64,000 bases of DNA from Mobula hypostoma (Eukaryota). The translations under genes were made by a program, and so were the position numbers. The notes beneath the pieces are model-generated. The model searched no databases and was not told where the DNA came from. It saw only the letters and a program-made list of their open reading frames with translations. The DNA lies in assembly GCF_963921235.1 (NCBI RefSeq), contig NC_086097.1, positions 165,728,001 to 165,792,000 of the forward strand. The letters run 5' to 3'. This document shows, piece after piece, positions 63,426 through 64,000 of the stretch. Each line of letters opens with the position of its first letter. The stretch's first letter is position 1.

Positions 63426-64000
63426 TTTGCTGGAGTCTTTGGTGGCAGTGCCAAGCTGATATTGGCCAGGGGTGGAATGCACACTGCAACCAGGATGACA
63501 GCAGAAATCTTCCTTGTCTGATAGAACAGATGACGCTTGGCCGCCAGATGTTTCAGGTTGGGAGAGTAGGACTGAGACAGAATTGTCACGTCTGTGCACC
63601 ATGATGAGTTAATCATGAAGCAAAACACTGCTGCCTCTGCCTTTACCTGACACTGCCATTTGGTCCATGTGGTGAAGGTGAAGTCCTCAGACTGGAGTGC
63701 TATGTCTGGAATGCTGGGGGTGAGCCATCTCTCATGTGTCTCTGGTACTGCAGTCTTACTCTGAGTTCTTCAACTTATTCTGTACTGTACATTAACCAGG
63801 AGGTTTGTAGGGAGTGGGGGCTTCAGGCTCCTGCATTTCATTCTTCCCTGCAGTCAAACCCGGTGGCCGTGTTTTCTTTAAGGGAAACTACACTTGCTAC
63901 CTGGGTGGTCCGCAGTCCAGAATCTGGTTTTGGCAGTTGAGTTTTTTAAAAAATATCTTAAAACAATATTGCTTACTGAAGTTGCTCAGTAACTTCAATG

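Overview
Eukaryotic (vertebrate) genomic DNA. The repeat landscape (CR1, Rex1/Babar, RTE-BovB, Penelope-like, Gypsy LTRs, tRNA-type SINEs, Tigger and hAT MITEs) suggests a cartilaginous fish, probably a ray; this is inference. The only host gene I can support is the 3' half of RAB31 on the + strand. It has three clear internal exons (11060-11131, 19241-19347, 19794-19903) and a probable terminal exon at 55453-55529 after a ~35.5 kb intron. Nearly all listed ORFs are decayed transposon fragments or noise. Main observations: (1) The probable last exon stops early (…IIKESLEYI*) and has no prenylation cysteines, while a decayed in-frame remnant of the ancestral tail (*MTR*KFC*) follows the stop; a possible alternative last exon ending in Cys lies at 42285-42361. 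(2) A 258-bp RTE-tailed retroposon begins exactly at a twister-ribozyme cleavage position. (3) Many Penelope-derived ends carry minimal hammerhead-ribozyme motifs, often as fold-back pairs. Reference sequences and repeat family names are from recall, not database searches; coordinates of decayed repeats are approximate.
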